A stretch of DNA of 59,340 nucleotides from Phoronis australis (Eukaryota > Animalia > Phoronida): positions 85,250 through 144,589 of the forward strand of contig NMRA01000787.1 of the NCBI GenBank assembly GCA_002633005.1, given 5' to 3'. Position numbers and translations under genes: made by a program. A model generated the notes under the pieces. That model was not told the origin of the DNA and searched no databases. It was given only the letters and a program-made list of their open reading frames with translations. Every line of letters starts with the position of its first letter. Position 1 is the first letter of the stretch. Below, one piece after another: positions 1-11,539 of the stretch.

Positions 1-2110
1 TCTCATTTTATTTCTTGCTGTCGATTAATGTAGTATGCATTCTAAGTACTGCGATCGAATACAATTTTTATAACAATGTTTCTATCGTTTGTTCCTTTTA
101 CTATGTCGCTCCTGGAGCTACTCCACAGATGGGATCTGCACACAAGGAGAATTTTTAGATAATACAAAAAATGCAGAAAGAAGTTATCTAACAATCAATG
201 TCAAATCGCTTTTAACAGACCTTGCATGAGAAAAATTTAGTCTATTACTAACAGAGTTTCCTACTGTGTAAATGTCATGAAGCAACATTTGGCCAAGTTT
301 CTATTAATTAACAATAGGTTTACACAACCTTACCAGCCTGAAAAATGGAAAAATGGCAATTTTGGAAATTAACTATTTTTTGTGCAAAATAAGTGGGGGT
401 TTCATGGAAAGGCCAGTATGCTATTACACTGATTGCAGCCAGAATTTACACACCCATGAGACTGATCGTGTTAAAGGGGAATCACTAGGCTTATCCTGAG
501 ATGGCACAGCACCACTCTCACTCTTAGGTATTTACCCACAATGAAACACATGTGACATTAGCATTTGCCTGCTTCTTCACATCCAAATGTACTAGTCACT
601 ATCTTTAATCTGTAGGCAAACTTATTTTGAGTTGCAAAGAATTGGCAAAACAGGCAAATGTTAATGCCGGATGAACAGTGTTAAATATACTTCTTCCCTT
701 GTTTATCAAATCTGGGATGCTTGACATTTTAAAAAGTAGGTCAGTCACGTCATGAATTTTCTACTCGCAAAAGAGCAGAGTTCAATCCAGGACTACATTT
801 CCAAAAAGTCAATTTTGCCATAACACTAGAAGGAAGTGGTGTTATGTTTATAATCTCCACAGCCTGAGCCAATCATGTGAAAAAGAAAGCTCAGCCTTCA
901 ACAATGGAAAAAACAGTGGTTCAAGTCTCATCTTGTAAATGTACCGTATGGTAAAGGCTCACTAATCTCGCTAATTCCGAACGGCGAAGATAACGGCCAA
1001 AACTGACCATTTTTCATGATTTAAATTTCGTCTGATGGTAGCTGTGGTACAAAATTTGAATATGGAAAAGCATTAATTTGGTGCCACCTACATTGCACAG
1101 GAAATAACAAAATATAATTTCACTAATGTGGGATATATTGTGTCCTAAATGGGCGAGATTTTACTGTATGTTCTGAACGTAAAGAACATTGATCACAGCC
1201 TCGTGTTCCAAATGCAAGCTTACACACCCAGGTCGTTGACGTCACAAGCACACACAATTTGGCTTGCTATCACCTTATCAAAAACAAACTTTTGATTTGG
1301 GCCACTTAATGCTACAAAATTCTGGTCAATGTTTTCCTCAAGTGCCCTAAAAGTCATTTTATTGACTACATAAATATAATCCAGCTGACCTGACATCACT
1401 GATCTGGGAGCAAGCCATACTGCTTGACGCTCACAAATGGCAATCCAGGTCAAACTCTGATTCGTGTTTAGCCTAATCTCAAGAAATTTGATGAAGACTA
1501 TCGATTTTTTCCAAGGTTAGATATGTTGGAATGCATGAAAATATACAAAAAGTTCATTTTTCCACCACCTGAACTTAACTCACATTCTTCACTTTGGGAG
1601 TCAGTCTTTCAGCCACTTAGGGCAACAAGGGGTATGTTTTCACCATACCATAGACGGCAACATAGTGTCGTGCCTTTCACCATGACAGTATTAGTTCTAA
1701 AACTAGTATGGGGAATGGACTTTATAGCCAGTTAGGCCCACAATTTCCCAATTGGCAACTTGACAAGTGGCTGCTTGAGCCCAGTATCCCAGTCTACGAC
1801 AGGTTCTGAAAGTGCGTAAAGCACCACTGGTTGAAATTTTGTAGAGATTTAGCTAAACTTGAAAACTGTTTTGATAAATGAATGGATATTTAGTAACAAT
1901 TTCGAGCATCAAAACTTCTGCGAAGACTGCAAATTTTTTGCTGTCACATGTTCATCTTGTAAAGTACTGCACACAAACAAGAGAGTGACAAGAATTGACA
2001 ACATTGCCATTCGCCAAAAAGTTCTAAGATTACCCAACCACTGGCTGCATTTACAAAAATGTCACTTCCATAAAGGGTGAAACCCAGCATGCCCACTTTG
2101 CCAAAGTAGC

Positions 2111-2254
2111 AACAGTGTATCCACGATCAACAGTGCACCCACAATGAACAGTGCACCCACGATCAACAGTGCACCCACGATCAACAGTGTACCCACAATC
2201 AACAGTGTACCCACGATCAACAGTGTACCCATGATCAACAATGTACCCACATTG
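2111..2254. repeat. 18-bp minisatellite, 8 copies (AACAGTGYACCCACGATC)
   Basis: Tandem units read directly; they produce the VGTLLI-repeat ORF 2062..2343. Confidence 0.9.
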
Positions 2255-4155
2255 CTGCCCTTACGATTGTTGTTGTAGCATACTTCGGACAAGAGTAATT
2301 GCAAAAAATGTTGTTTTCCATTCTTCAAAGACTTTATTCGCAAATAATTGAAAAATTGCCAAAAATTGTTTCACAACATCTATTCAGTATACAAACCATG
2401 CTAGTAACAGATTAGTTTTCTTAATTAATCTTCATTTACCAGTATGTGGAGAAATTAATAAAAGATAATTTCAATTGTTATCCATATTACGCGCAGAACA
2501 AGCCAAATGTATTCATCAGACAAAATGACCTGGAGTTCCCCGTCATGACACTTGAGTGAAACCCCAAATTCATTGTGTGAATAGTCTTCCTTCATGAATT
2601 AACAGGTAAAAGGTGGCTAAGCCATTCTTTTAAATTCACTGTCTTATAATTATTACCAGTAATTTTTGCCCTCACAACAGAAAACAAATGCTTTTGGTCC
2701 GCTTAATTTTGTTTTGTGTTGAAAGTGAAGAATTACCTACCAGTATTTCATATTTGTCCACATTTTAGAAAATGAAAAAGTGGGTCAACTGAATCAAGGC
2801 CATACCACAATTAGGGTTAACATCTGCCATGATACTGAAACATATCAACGGCATTTTTCAGTCACACGTTCAAATGGAAGAAGGGAATAGAGGTTAAAAG
2901 CATGTTAAAGGAAAAAACAGGAACATTCTGTTGGTGAGCTGGGCACATAGCTTCAAAGAGCAGGACAATGGGCAGGGTATGGTATTTAGTGGTTTCATTA
3001 AATTCCATCCAAGTCTCACGTGCATGAAACAGCTTATACTCTGTCCATTATCCTGAACTGCACATGTCCAATTCCAGCCTCCAGCCCGCAGCTTGTTTTG
3101 TGCAAGTCAAAAAAGGCCCTAGTTCCTAACTTTATTGACTTCCTTATTTGTAAAGTCACCCGGCGTGGCTGAGTTGATATTTGGGATAGTAAGAACACAA
3201 ACGAGAGGACCAATCCTAAATAACAATGTAATTGTTGGGAAGGCCTGCCATTGTTGGTAAGTTATTTGACATCATTTTAGCCAAAATAGATCAGAGATGT
3301 CTAATCCAGTCTAGTCTCTGGAAAGCCATCAATAATACTAGGGCTGACCATGACTCTAAAGGTCAACCAAAAGTTTATTTTTCCAAAAGAATCCATCTTC
3401 CAGACACAGTTTTTGAAAACATGGCATGTGAAAAGCAAATTCTCTTGGTAGGACACCATAGGACAGGAATAAATTCTCACTTTTTACAAGACCAGCTGAA
3501 AAGCTGGCCACTTCCGTACAATAAAGCATTGAACGGTGTTTGATCGGCATTTGGCAAAAACTCTGTCTGCCATGCCAATGACAAATCAGACTCTGAAGTC
3601 CTCAAAAGCAAGACATTTAAAAAATGGACAAACTAAATTTGGTTAAACTCTTTTATTTCTTTACTTTATTTTTTTAATCTGTTTATTTACACAGAAAGCA
3701 TATTAGTGATTAGTAGATACGGCTGGGGTTGGGTGGCCCCAACTACATAGATCTTTACGACATACTAGAGGACAATAGGTCATACAAATAGAACAAATAA
3801 GTATCTGGAAAATAGCTCCTAAAGATTGGGCTGATAATTAGCCGAGATTATTATGAAAGGGGGAGAAAACGGTTAAACTTCATTTCTGATTTACTAGTAG
3901 TCGCCCAGTTGGTGACTCCAGACATTAGAGGCCTAAGTATATCGGTGTGATCGAGTCAGACGTGGAAAAAAATCATCGTAGTAGATAATTGGAGAAGGAA
4001 TCTGGATATGAAATAAGACTGTATGAACTGATGAAGACTTACCAACGGACTGGATTGATATTCAGTCAACAGGTGGCGCAACCGGCTCAATAAAGAAAGG
4101 CATTCAGGTCCCGAAAGGTAAGTCTCAGCTTGATACCTTTGTGGTAATAGTTGGA

Positions 4156-4258
4156 TACATGGGTCCCTGAGTTGAGAACCTGTTACTTCCACTGAATAAT
4201 GCAGGTTGTTAGGTTGCAGGAACTAGTTCTCAAATCAATTGAATCAGGGACCCATGTA
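4156..4258. repeat. Small foldback (15-bp perfect inverted repeat plus inner 8-bp inverted repeat)
   Basis: TACATGGGTCCCTGA (4156-4170) vs TCAGGGACCCATGTA (4244-4258); inner TTGAGAAC/GTTCTCAA. Confidence 0.7.
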
Positions 4259-4464
4259 CCTATCCGACAATTAAGACTTTGTTATTGTTAGGCTTTTTGG
4301 TTTTCTGTGATTGTGAACTAGTTCTTCCATTCAAAGTCATCACTAGCTCTCGATGAAATCTATCAGTTGGCAAGTTACTCATGAGAATTACCAACGCTAC
4401 CCCAGAGGCAAAGGGCAGCACTGGTGATCGCTACATGAGCACTTACTCTATCAGCTGAAGAAGA

Positions 4465-4700
4465 GTTGGTCGATGATGTCCACTACATCAACACTACCCT
4501 TACTACAGCTGATGAAGGGTTGGACGGTGATATCCACTACGTCAACACTAGGGTTGGTCGGTGGTGTCCACTAAATCAACACTAGATAGCTAAAGGTGGG
4601 TTCGTCGGTGGTGTCCATTATGTAAGCACTAGGGTTGATCAGTGATGTCCAAGTTACATCAGCACTTAACCCTGATGAAGGAGGGGTGGTCGGTGGACCA
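4465..4700. repeat. Degenerate ~34-bp direct repeats, 5-6 copies
   Basis: GTTGGTCGRTGRTGTCCACTACRTCAACACTA-like units near 4465, 4518, 4553, 4600 and 4634, with variable spacers. Confidence 0.75.
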
Positions 4701-7700
4701 ATTACTTTATAGAATAGGCCTCAGCAATTATGTAAAAACTGTAGCAGTTGACACATAGGAACAGTGAATCCAAAATTATTGCCACTCATCTAGACAACGA
4801 CTAGGTTCACAAACAATCAAAGTTTAAATAACAATCACGCTCACGCCTAAACCCACCCCAAGCCAAGGGCTCTTATCACTGTGAGTGATACTGAGTGATA
4901 CGCCTGTCAAAACAAACTCAGAAAGATGCTTGTAATGGCTGAAAACAACGACCACTCAGAAAGGCAAGTACATATGTGAAACTAGGAAGTGAAAGTTGTG
5001 ATAAACAAATCAAATTCATTGGTAATGAAATTAAAGTGAACGAAACTCACACTGTAATCGGCCAAAAACTTCCCCAAATACAACTGTTGTTACACCAGCT
5101 GATCGCAGCCATCTTGGGAAGTAATGAGTATATAATTTTATCGATAGATGGCGACAGCTAATGGGCTCAAGACTGCTTGAACCATCATTTGTCTGTGTAT
5201 GGTTTGAAACCCTTAATACGCCTATCGGCATACGCTCACTTTCAGCTGCCTCTGATACAGGAACCATGCAAATAATGCTTGAAAGTGATCGTCCGGCAGA
5301 TACAGGCTCTGTCTGATTATTTTTTAGTAATTTTGTTCTTTTTGGCTTGCGGATTGTAGTGCGAAAGAATTAATGGTGATGGGCCTATTGGTCATATGTC
5401 AACGAAGAACAAGGCCGCTGATGGGACTCTCAGGTTGAGGCCGAGAGCAATGAACTCACTAGTCCCAAGCCAAAACCCGAAAGTCTGCCAATAAGGCAGA
5501 ACTAAAACCATAAAACATTAAAATGCATTTTTGTCGCAATTCTACGACACTCACTAATGCGCCCGCTGGAAACCATCGCCCTGGCGGCGAGGATCAAATC
5601 AAGGGTTCAGTGCCTAGTAAAAATGCTTCGACTGCCGAGATTTCTGCGGGGAAGTGCGGGCAAAATTCACTTCGGCGTGCGTCATCCTTCGTCACTTAAG
5701 CTTTTTCAAGTTTTTTAGCCATAATTCGCGATCTAGATGATTTTTCAGTTTATTTTTTCCATAGCGAAAACTTCTTGTATATTAAGCTGCACAATCATGA
5801 TCTTCGACATTGCTGTCCGCACGAGTGCAAACACAGTAAAATTTTTGAAATTATTTAGAAACTGTTTTCCGCGTCCATTCAGTGACGTACGAAAGTATCA
5901 TGTATAGAAAACACTTGCACACCTTCGGTCTAGTGCACCTTTAGTCGACTAGCGTGCACCTTCGGACTACTTTCGTGAGATGAAAAGTAACCTAGGTTGA
6001 CGTGATACCCTAATTGGTCGAGATTGGGCAACTCGACTGCCTTGTACATCTCAGAGATCTGCCGGGTTAAAACAAAGACATCGTGCTGTTGTGGTTTATT
6101 TATTAAATCGCCTCAGGCTCCTGATGTTGTCGGTTTGGGAAGAAGTGGTAGTTTGTTATAGGTGGAGACCAGTCTCGGCTGGTGACGTTCTTCAGGAAAT
6201 GCGTTCCACCATAAACATAATGGGGCGACAATAGTATTTTTTAATTTTCATTTTTTTACGCGTGATTAGATTTTTGAACTTTGAAAATTGGACAAAAAGT
6301 GTCATTTTACAACCTAATACGCTTGTTTAATGTAGCAGTAGTATGTTCTGCATTAATTATGTTGTGTGCCAGTGTTTAACTGGGTCAATTACAAAATCAC
6401 CACTCAACAGATATGTTACTACAATGCACCCTGTTATTTTTCGCAATTGGTAACAGAAAGGGTTTTGAAACGTGTATGCCAAATGATGATTATTTTGTGA
6501 ATTTAATCACGTATCATTTGCTTCTACTATAATCATACAATATCAACAAGAGACGAAAGCCGATTCTTATTCATTTCAGTTGAAAGGGGTTCGTTTGGTT
6601 CCTGCATATGGGCATGAACCTGCTTCTGATTCGCTATTGCTGCTTTTAAATAAAATTATCATAAAAGACCCTAGTTGTTTGATAACTTGGTCTATGAGCG
6701 CTTTCAGTTTCCTGTTCTAGCTAGGAACCAGGATTTTCTCAGATGCTTTTTAGGTTTTCCGGTCATCGGACCTACGTAAAATTGCATTATGTATTGTGAG
6801 ATATGATGCCGACTTTATGTTCCCAGCCTAGATGACACGATTTTTGGTCTGCTACATACCAAAGTTAAATTGTTTTCAAATATCATTCAAATTTAACCTG
6901 TCGCCTGTGTACTCGCTTGAACAATTGTGAAACTATATATCATGTGTTCCACCAGTCTCATCGCCGTTTCACCCCGCGGTCGCCAACAGTTTGACCAAAC
7001 GGTTATCTTCTCGTTTAGTCGATGCTGGGCTTATGTCAGGTATGATCTCTCCCGTGGTTTTCCATTGGGTGATTTTTTGGTAATTTTTGCCCGAATCAGG
7101 TGGGAAATTTCTCCCATGCTCTGTACAAGTAGCTCATGTTCTGACCAACTTCTGATTTTTCGGTCTCGTACTTGACACTGCAAGGTCCAGTTCCTAATCC
7201 ACAAGGCACTACCCATGAAGGCCGGACTTTCAAGGCTCGTTGTTTGGAGCGTCTTGCAACGGATTAGCGCGAGCGCGGAAATACGATGGGATTGTCTGAA
7301 TGATACTACCATACTCTAATTTGTCGCAAGAGAACTACAAAACAACGAGCCCCGTAATGTGAGGGTAACACTTTGATCCACAACCAACGCAAGGGAAGTG
7401 CAATGTTAATACAGTATATGCAGTTTGAACCAGTAAATTTCATGATTTGGCGCCTCCAAAATGCGATTTTGACGCTCTGAAGGGGGGGGGGGCGTGCCAC
7501 ATCGCCTACCAAATAGTTGTCTTTCGGTGTTGAGCAAATTTCAAATCATTCCTCCGACATGAAATAAATAGATTCAGGCAAATGAGATCGATTACAAATT
7601 TTATTGAACTTTTTCTGTTGACCGGACACGCAACATATGCAAGCGATAAGACGCCCTAAATGTTACACATTAAATACACTGCGTATCTGATCAAACTTTT

Positions 7701-7774
7701 AATAGTGATATCGGTATATTCTGATGCGGCAGTTGACGAGAGAAGGAACTATATGACGCCTAGTTTCCACCACT

Positions 7775-9433
7775 GCGCGCCCATCTCGCCGGCGGTAGAT
7801 AAGTAGTCCACCATGACGTCAGTTACTGACTCACTGTGGGTCGTTGTGCAGGTCGTTTCGACACGTGCCCATCTCGCTTTGCTGCATACAGGCAGTCGAG
7901 CTTCTCTTAGTCTAGACCTTACAGTCTTAACTTCAGGGTGTCTTTTAGTATTTCCTGCTTTTGATTGCAGACCACTTTTCCTTCGAGTAGTCTATCTTAT
8001 AAGTCAGTTGAACCATAAGTAAAAGAGAACTCTCATGAAACCGCGCCCAGTTCGGTCCATGGATGTCTCCTGTCAGTAAAACGTTTTTGCATTCGAGTCA
8101 ATTTCGCTTACAGAAGTACGTTGTTCTTTAATTCAAGTTGTCCAATATGTCGAGTTCGCAGTCAAGTGTATGCCCTTCGACTAGCGTGCCCATCTTGCAT
8201 ACGAAGAGGCATACAATATCATCCGGGTGTTCTGTAGGACCTTTGATCCTGTCTAGTGAGTTGTGTTGTCTCCACCAAATAACAGGAATGCCCTAATTGG
8301 AGGTTCGTGGCCACCATCCTTTGCGAGTGTGTGTCCGGCTCGCCTGCGGTAGACAAGTAGTCCACCACGATGTCAGTTACTGTCTGTGCGTCAATTTGTG
8401 GAGGTCGTTTCAACGCGTGCCCATCTCGCTTTGTTGCACAAGCAGGCAGCCGAGCTTTTCTAAATCTCACAGCCTTAACTTCAGGCTATCTCTTTACATT
8501 TCCTGTTGCTGACTTCAGACAGTCGACCTTCCCTCCGAGTACAAGTCCATATTACGTCAGCTGAACCATAAGTAACGATGAAGAAACCTCTCACGAAACC
8601 GTCAATTCGGCCTATGGATGTCTTCTGTCAGTCAAACTTTTGCACGCGCGTCAACTTCGCTTACAAAAATGCGTTGTTATTCTAATTGTCTAATTTGTCG
8701 AATCCAGCCAAGTGCGTACCCTTCGATCAGCGTGCCCATCTCGCATACGAAAAGTACAATCATCCAAATTTCTTACGACCTTTACCTTCGATTCTGTTTA
8801 GTAAGCTGCTTTCCGTCCAACAAATAACAACAGTACGCTAACTGTAGATTCGTGGCCACCATCCTTTGCGTGCGTGTCCATCTCGCTTGTACAAAGGGTG
8901 GTTTTCTGTACCAGGTGAACCTTTTACGAAATAGCATTTACTGTGAGATACACAATTCAGATCCTTCAGACGCGTACAAATCACACTTTCAATGAAGTCT
9001 TCTGGTCAAACAGTTGCAACTTGCTATGTCATAAACTTGTGGCTTGTCAGTTGAGAGTATACTCACCAAGACGCTAAAGCCTCCCTTCGATACCGGCGTA
9101 CCCATCTCGCTTACGAAGGAGGGCAGTCCAACATGCTTCTTGCCTTAGCTTGGGCTGATCAGCACCACTTATCAAACAAACACTACTTCGGAATTCATCG
9201 TTACACACCATCGTTAAGCCTAGTGACTGAGGAACCTTCCTTCGATACGTACCCATCTCGTTTACGAAGGAGGCCAGCTTTGGTGACAATAATCTGAGCG
9301 GTTGAGTTCTCATCTGCCTACGATAGTAGGATTTTCTGTCGAGGTGAGTACTGCAATGTACAGAAATTGTGTTCGTTGCCAGATCTTTCCCCTATGAATA
9401 CTGGTGTGCCCATCTCGCATAAGGAAAGTTTGG
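7775..9433. other. Array of ten stem-loop elements with conserved loop TRCCCATCT; candidate structured ncRNA or cis-element array
   Basis: Loops at 7778, 7866, 8187, 8332 (degenerate), 8418, 8733, 8875, 9099, 9250 and 9407. Each is closed by a 3-bp GCG/CGC-type stem and most have a 4-13 bp outer stem. The motif is certain; the function is unknown. Confidence 0.6.
7792..8886. repeat. Diverged tandem duplication, unit ~550 bp
   Basis: 7792-8345 aligns with 8346-8886 (GCGGTAGAYAAGTAGTCCACCA..., CAGYCTTAACTTCAGG, GAACCATAAGTAA, TTCGTGGCCACCATCCTTTGCG). Confidence 0.85.
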
Positions 9434-11283
9434 TCCTTACACGGACAATTAGGTCGATGCGACGTACATCATCATTTAGTGTACCATCATTTCTTCCTGG
9501 GATGTTCAAACCGCCACGTCCAATACAGGAGGACCTGTAAACGGGCCTTCCCTTGAGAACGTGCCAATCGCTCACAAGAGGAATGGAAATCATGATGCTG
9601 ACGTCACGTCCCTGTGCCAGGTCACAGTTACGTTGCAGCGCTTGTGATGTCACTTGCTATACGACGTGCTTTTTGTTCAGTCTTGACATGCGCAATGGAG
9701 AGCTCTAATTGAGAGCGACTCCCCACACGTCCTATCAGCTCGGCAGCCAAAGATGTTGTGAAGCATGGTATCCAAAAACACATTGCCGCAACAATCCAAT
9801 GACGTGGTGGTAGGCAAGCAACGAACTATAAACAAATAACACGACAAAAGCGATGACGTTACTAACAATCAGTCTCGTCATTCACGACCAAAGGTTTTTT
9901 TAACAGTCGCGGCATATAGGCATAATGTTCAAAATATTAAAAAATTCCAATACGATCTAGATACACGTGTATGTACCAAAACTATTAATGTCTCTCTTTT
10001 TTCCTTATTTCCTCGAAATATTTCACTCAAAATATATTGGCGTGTTTTCAGAAAATCTTTCCCGTAAATATCTTTGAGATATCGACACTCCACCATGCCC
10101 CTTGTCCCCATAGATTGTTGTGGAATCACTCCTCGGTACAGTAAATGTACCATTTATCGCGATTCCACACAGCACGCTAAGTTTCATGAGAATTCTCCAC
10201 GAAAATCTGAAGATCAAAGGATTACTTTTTACACGTCTCCCCCTTGTTTAATAGGAACGTTACTCACCGAATTGATTACCGAAACAAAAGGATCGACCTC
10301 AAAACAATATGGTCTATTGCTACACCGTTGGAATAGTTATCTCTTCCTGATGGCACTTGTCAGTGGTAGTTTCAAGACGACGCAGCCTCTCACGTACGAT
10401 CGCCCACATGCTGGGCAAATGGTTTGACAGAAGCCGTGAACGGGACAGCAAAGCAAATATTAAGCAATGTTCTCAGTTGTTACTATAAAAAGAAATCTAA
10501 TTACCAAAGCTTAATTTGTGTGTGAATACAACTACATGCCCGGCAATTACAGCATGAGGAGAACGGGAAGAAGTGACAAGCAACAGGATAAATTAAGCCC
10601 TGTCAACTGTTTTCACATGTCATTGTGTCAAAGCACTACTTTCATCTCAGTTGGCGGAAAATCTTTCTAATTCCCAGTACCACAATTCAGTTGACAAAAC
10701 AGGAAAGACACAATTAAGAATTCAATATATTTTCATTAAGTATTTTCTTAATACAATCATTTCAGTGAACTTGTTCACAAAGCACAAAACCTTTCCGCCT
10801 AAATAAAAATTATAAAACAAATCATCAGAACAAAATCTTCCAAAAATTCCATAAAATTATCACATTTCAAAAAAAGTGAGTAAATACGAATATTATACTC
10901 ATGGCCACTAATGATGCGTTTCTAACAAACCAGACATTATGCAAAAACAGTGACAACAATGCCTAGTGCAGTGATGACTATGCTAACTTCATGGCTGGCA
11001 CAGGAAACTGAGGATTACAAAGCTGATGCCATTGGATACTCAAATAGTACAAACTCTTCACAACTGTATAGCCAACAAAAAACAACGTGAAAATAGAACT
11101 TGCACATGCCACCCATTGACACATACATTAAAAAAGTTTGAAGAACTCGAGAATGGCAGCATGGGAAAGCCTTTCCAAGTTCAATTACGACTTGATCCAG
11201 CCCCAGATCGTGTAGTTTTAACGTACAAGGCGTTTTGCGATCAAGAAGTACTAAAGTGTGTCTGCCAGTTGCGCTGTTGTAAT

Positions 11284-11539
11284 CAGGGACGGATCCAGGA
11301 TTTTGAGTTGGGTGGGGGGAAGGGCACAGGAATAACCAGAATTTTGCCACATGCGCGCGCCCAGCCCAAATGTAGGGATGCAGGAGTCTCGAATTTTTGG
11401 GTTTGTGGACCTTGTCACTAAAAAAAACGGTACATGGGGTTTGTTCAAGGCCTATGCATTGTGCATTCACCTCCCAAGCCCTCCTGGGTGCGCGCATATG
11501 CTAGTCAGCCCCCTTTGCCCCCCCATAAATCCGCCACTG
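11284..11539. mobile_element. MITE (CAG...CTG termini, 5-bp TSD GTAAT)
   Basis: Ends CAGGGACGGATCCA / TAAATCCGCCACTG; GTAAT at 11279-11283 and 11540-11544; related copy at 47964. Confidence 0.8.

Noticed and set aside
4465-4700. CRISPR-like repeat/spacer look (also considered for 2111-2254 and 56811-57000)
   Set aside because: Repeats are degenerate or contiguous, spacers are absent or similar to each other, there are no cas genes, and the context is eukaryotic.
5915-5975. Three GCACC/CACCTT units and a 12-nt match (CGACTAGCGTGC) to the hairpin at 8178
   Set aside because: Lacks the CCCATCT loop and is too short to distinguish from chance.
7775-9433. Hairpin array read as IREs, miRNAs, micro-exon donors or a peptide repeat
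   Set aside because: No CAGUGN loop; conservation is in the loop rather than an arm; GTAAGC/GTATGC appears on the minus strand in only four copies with no matching exons; the motif falls in different reading frames (RDGH vs EMGT).
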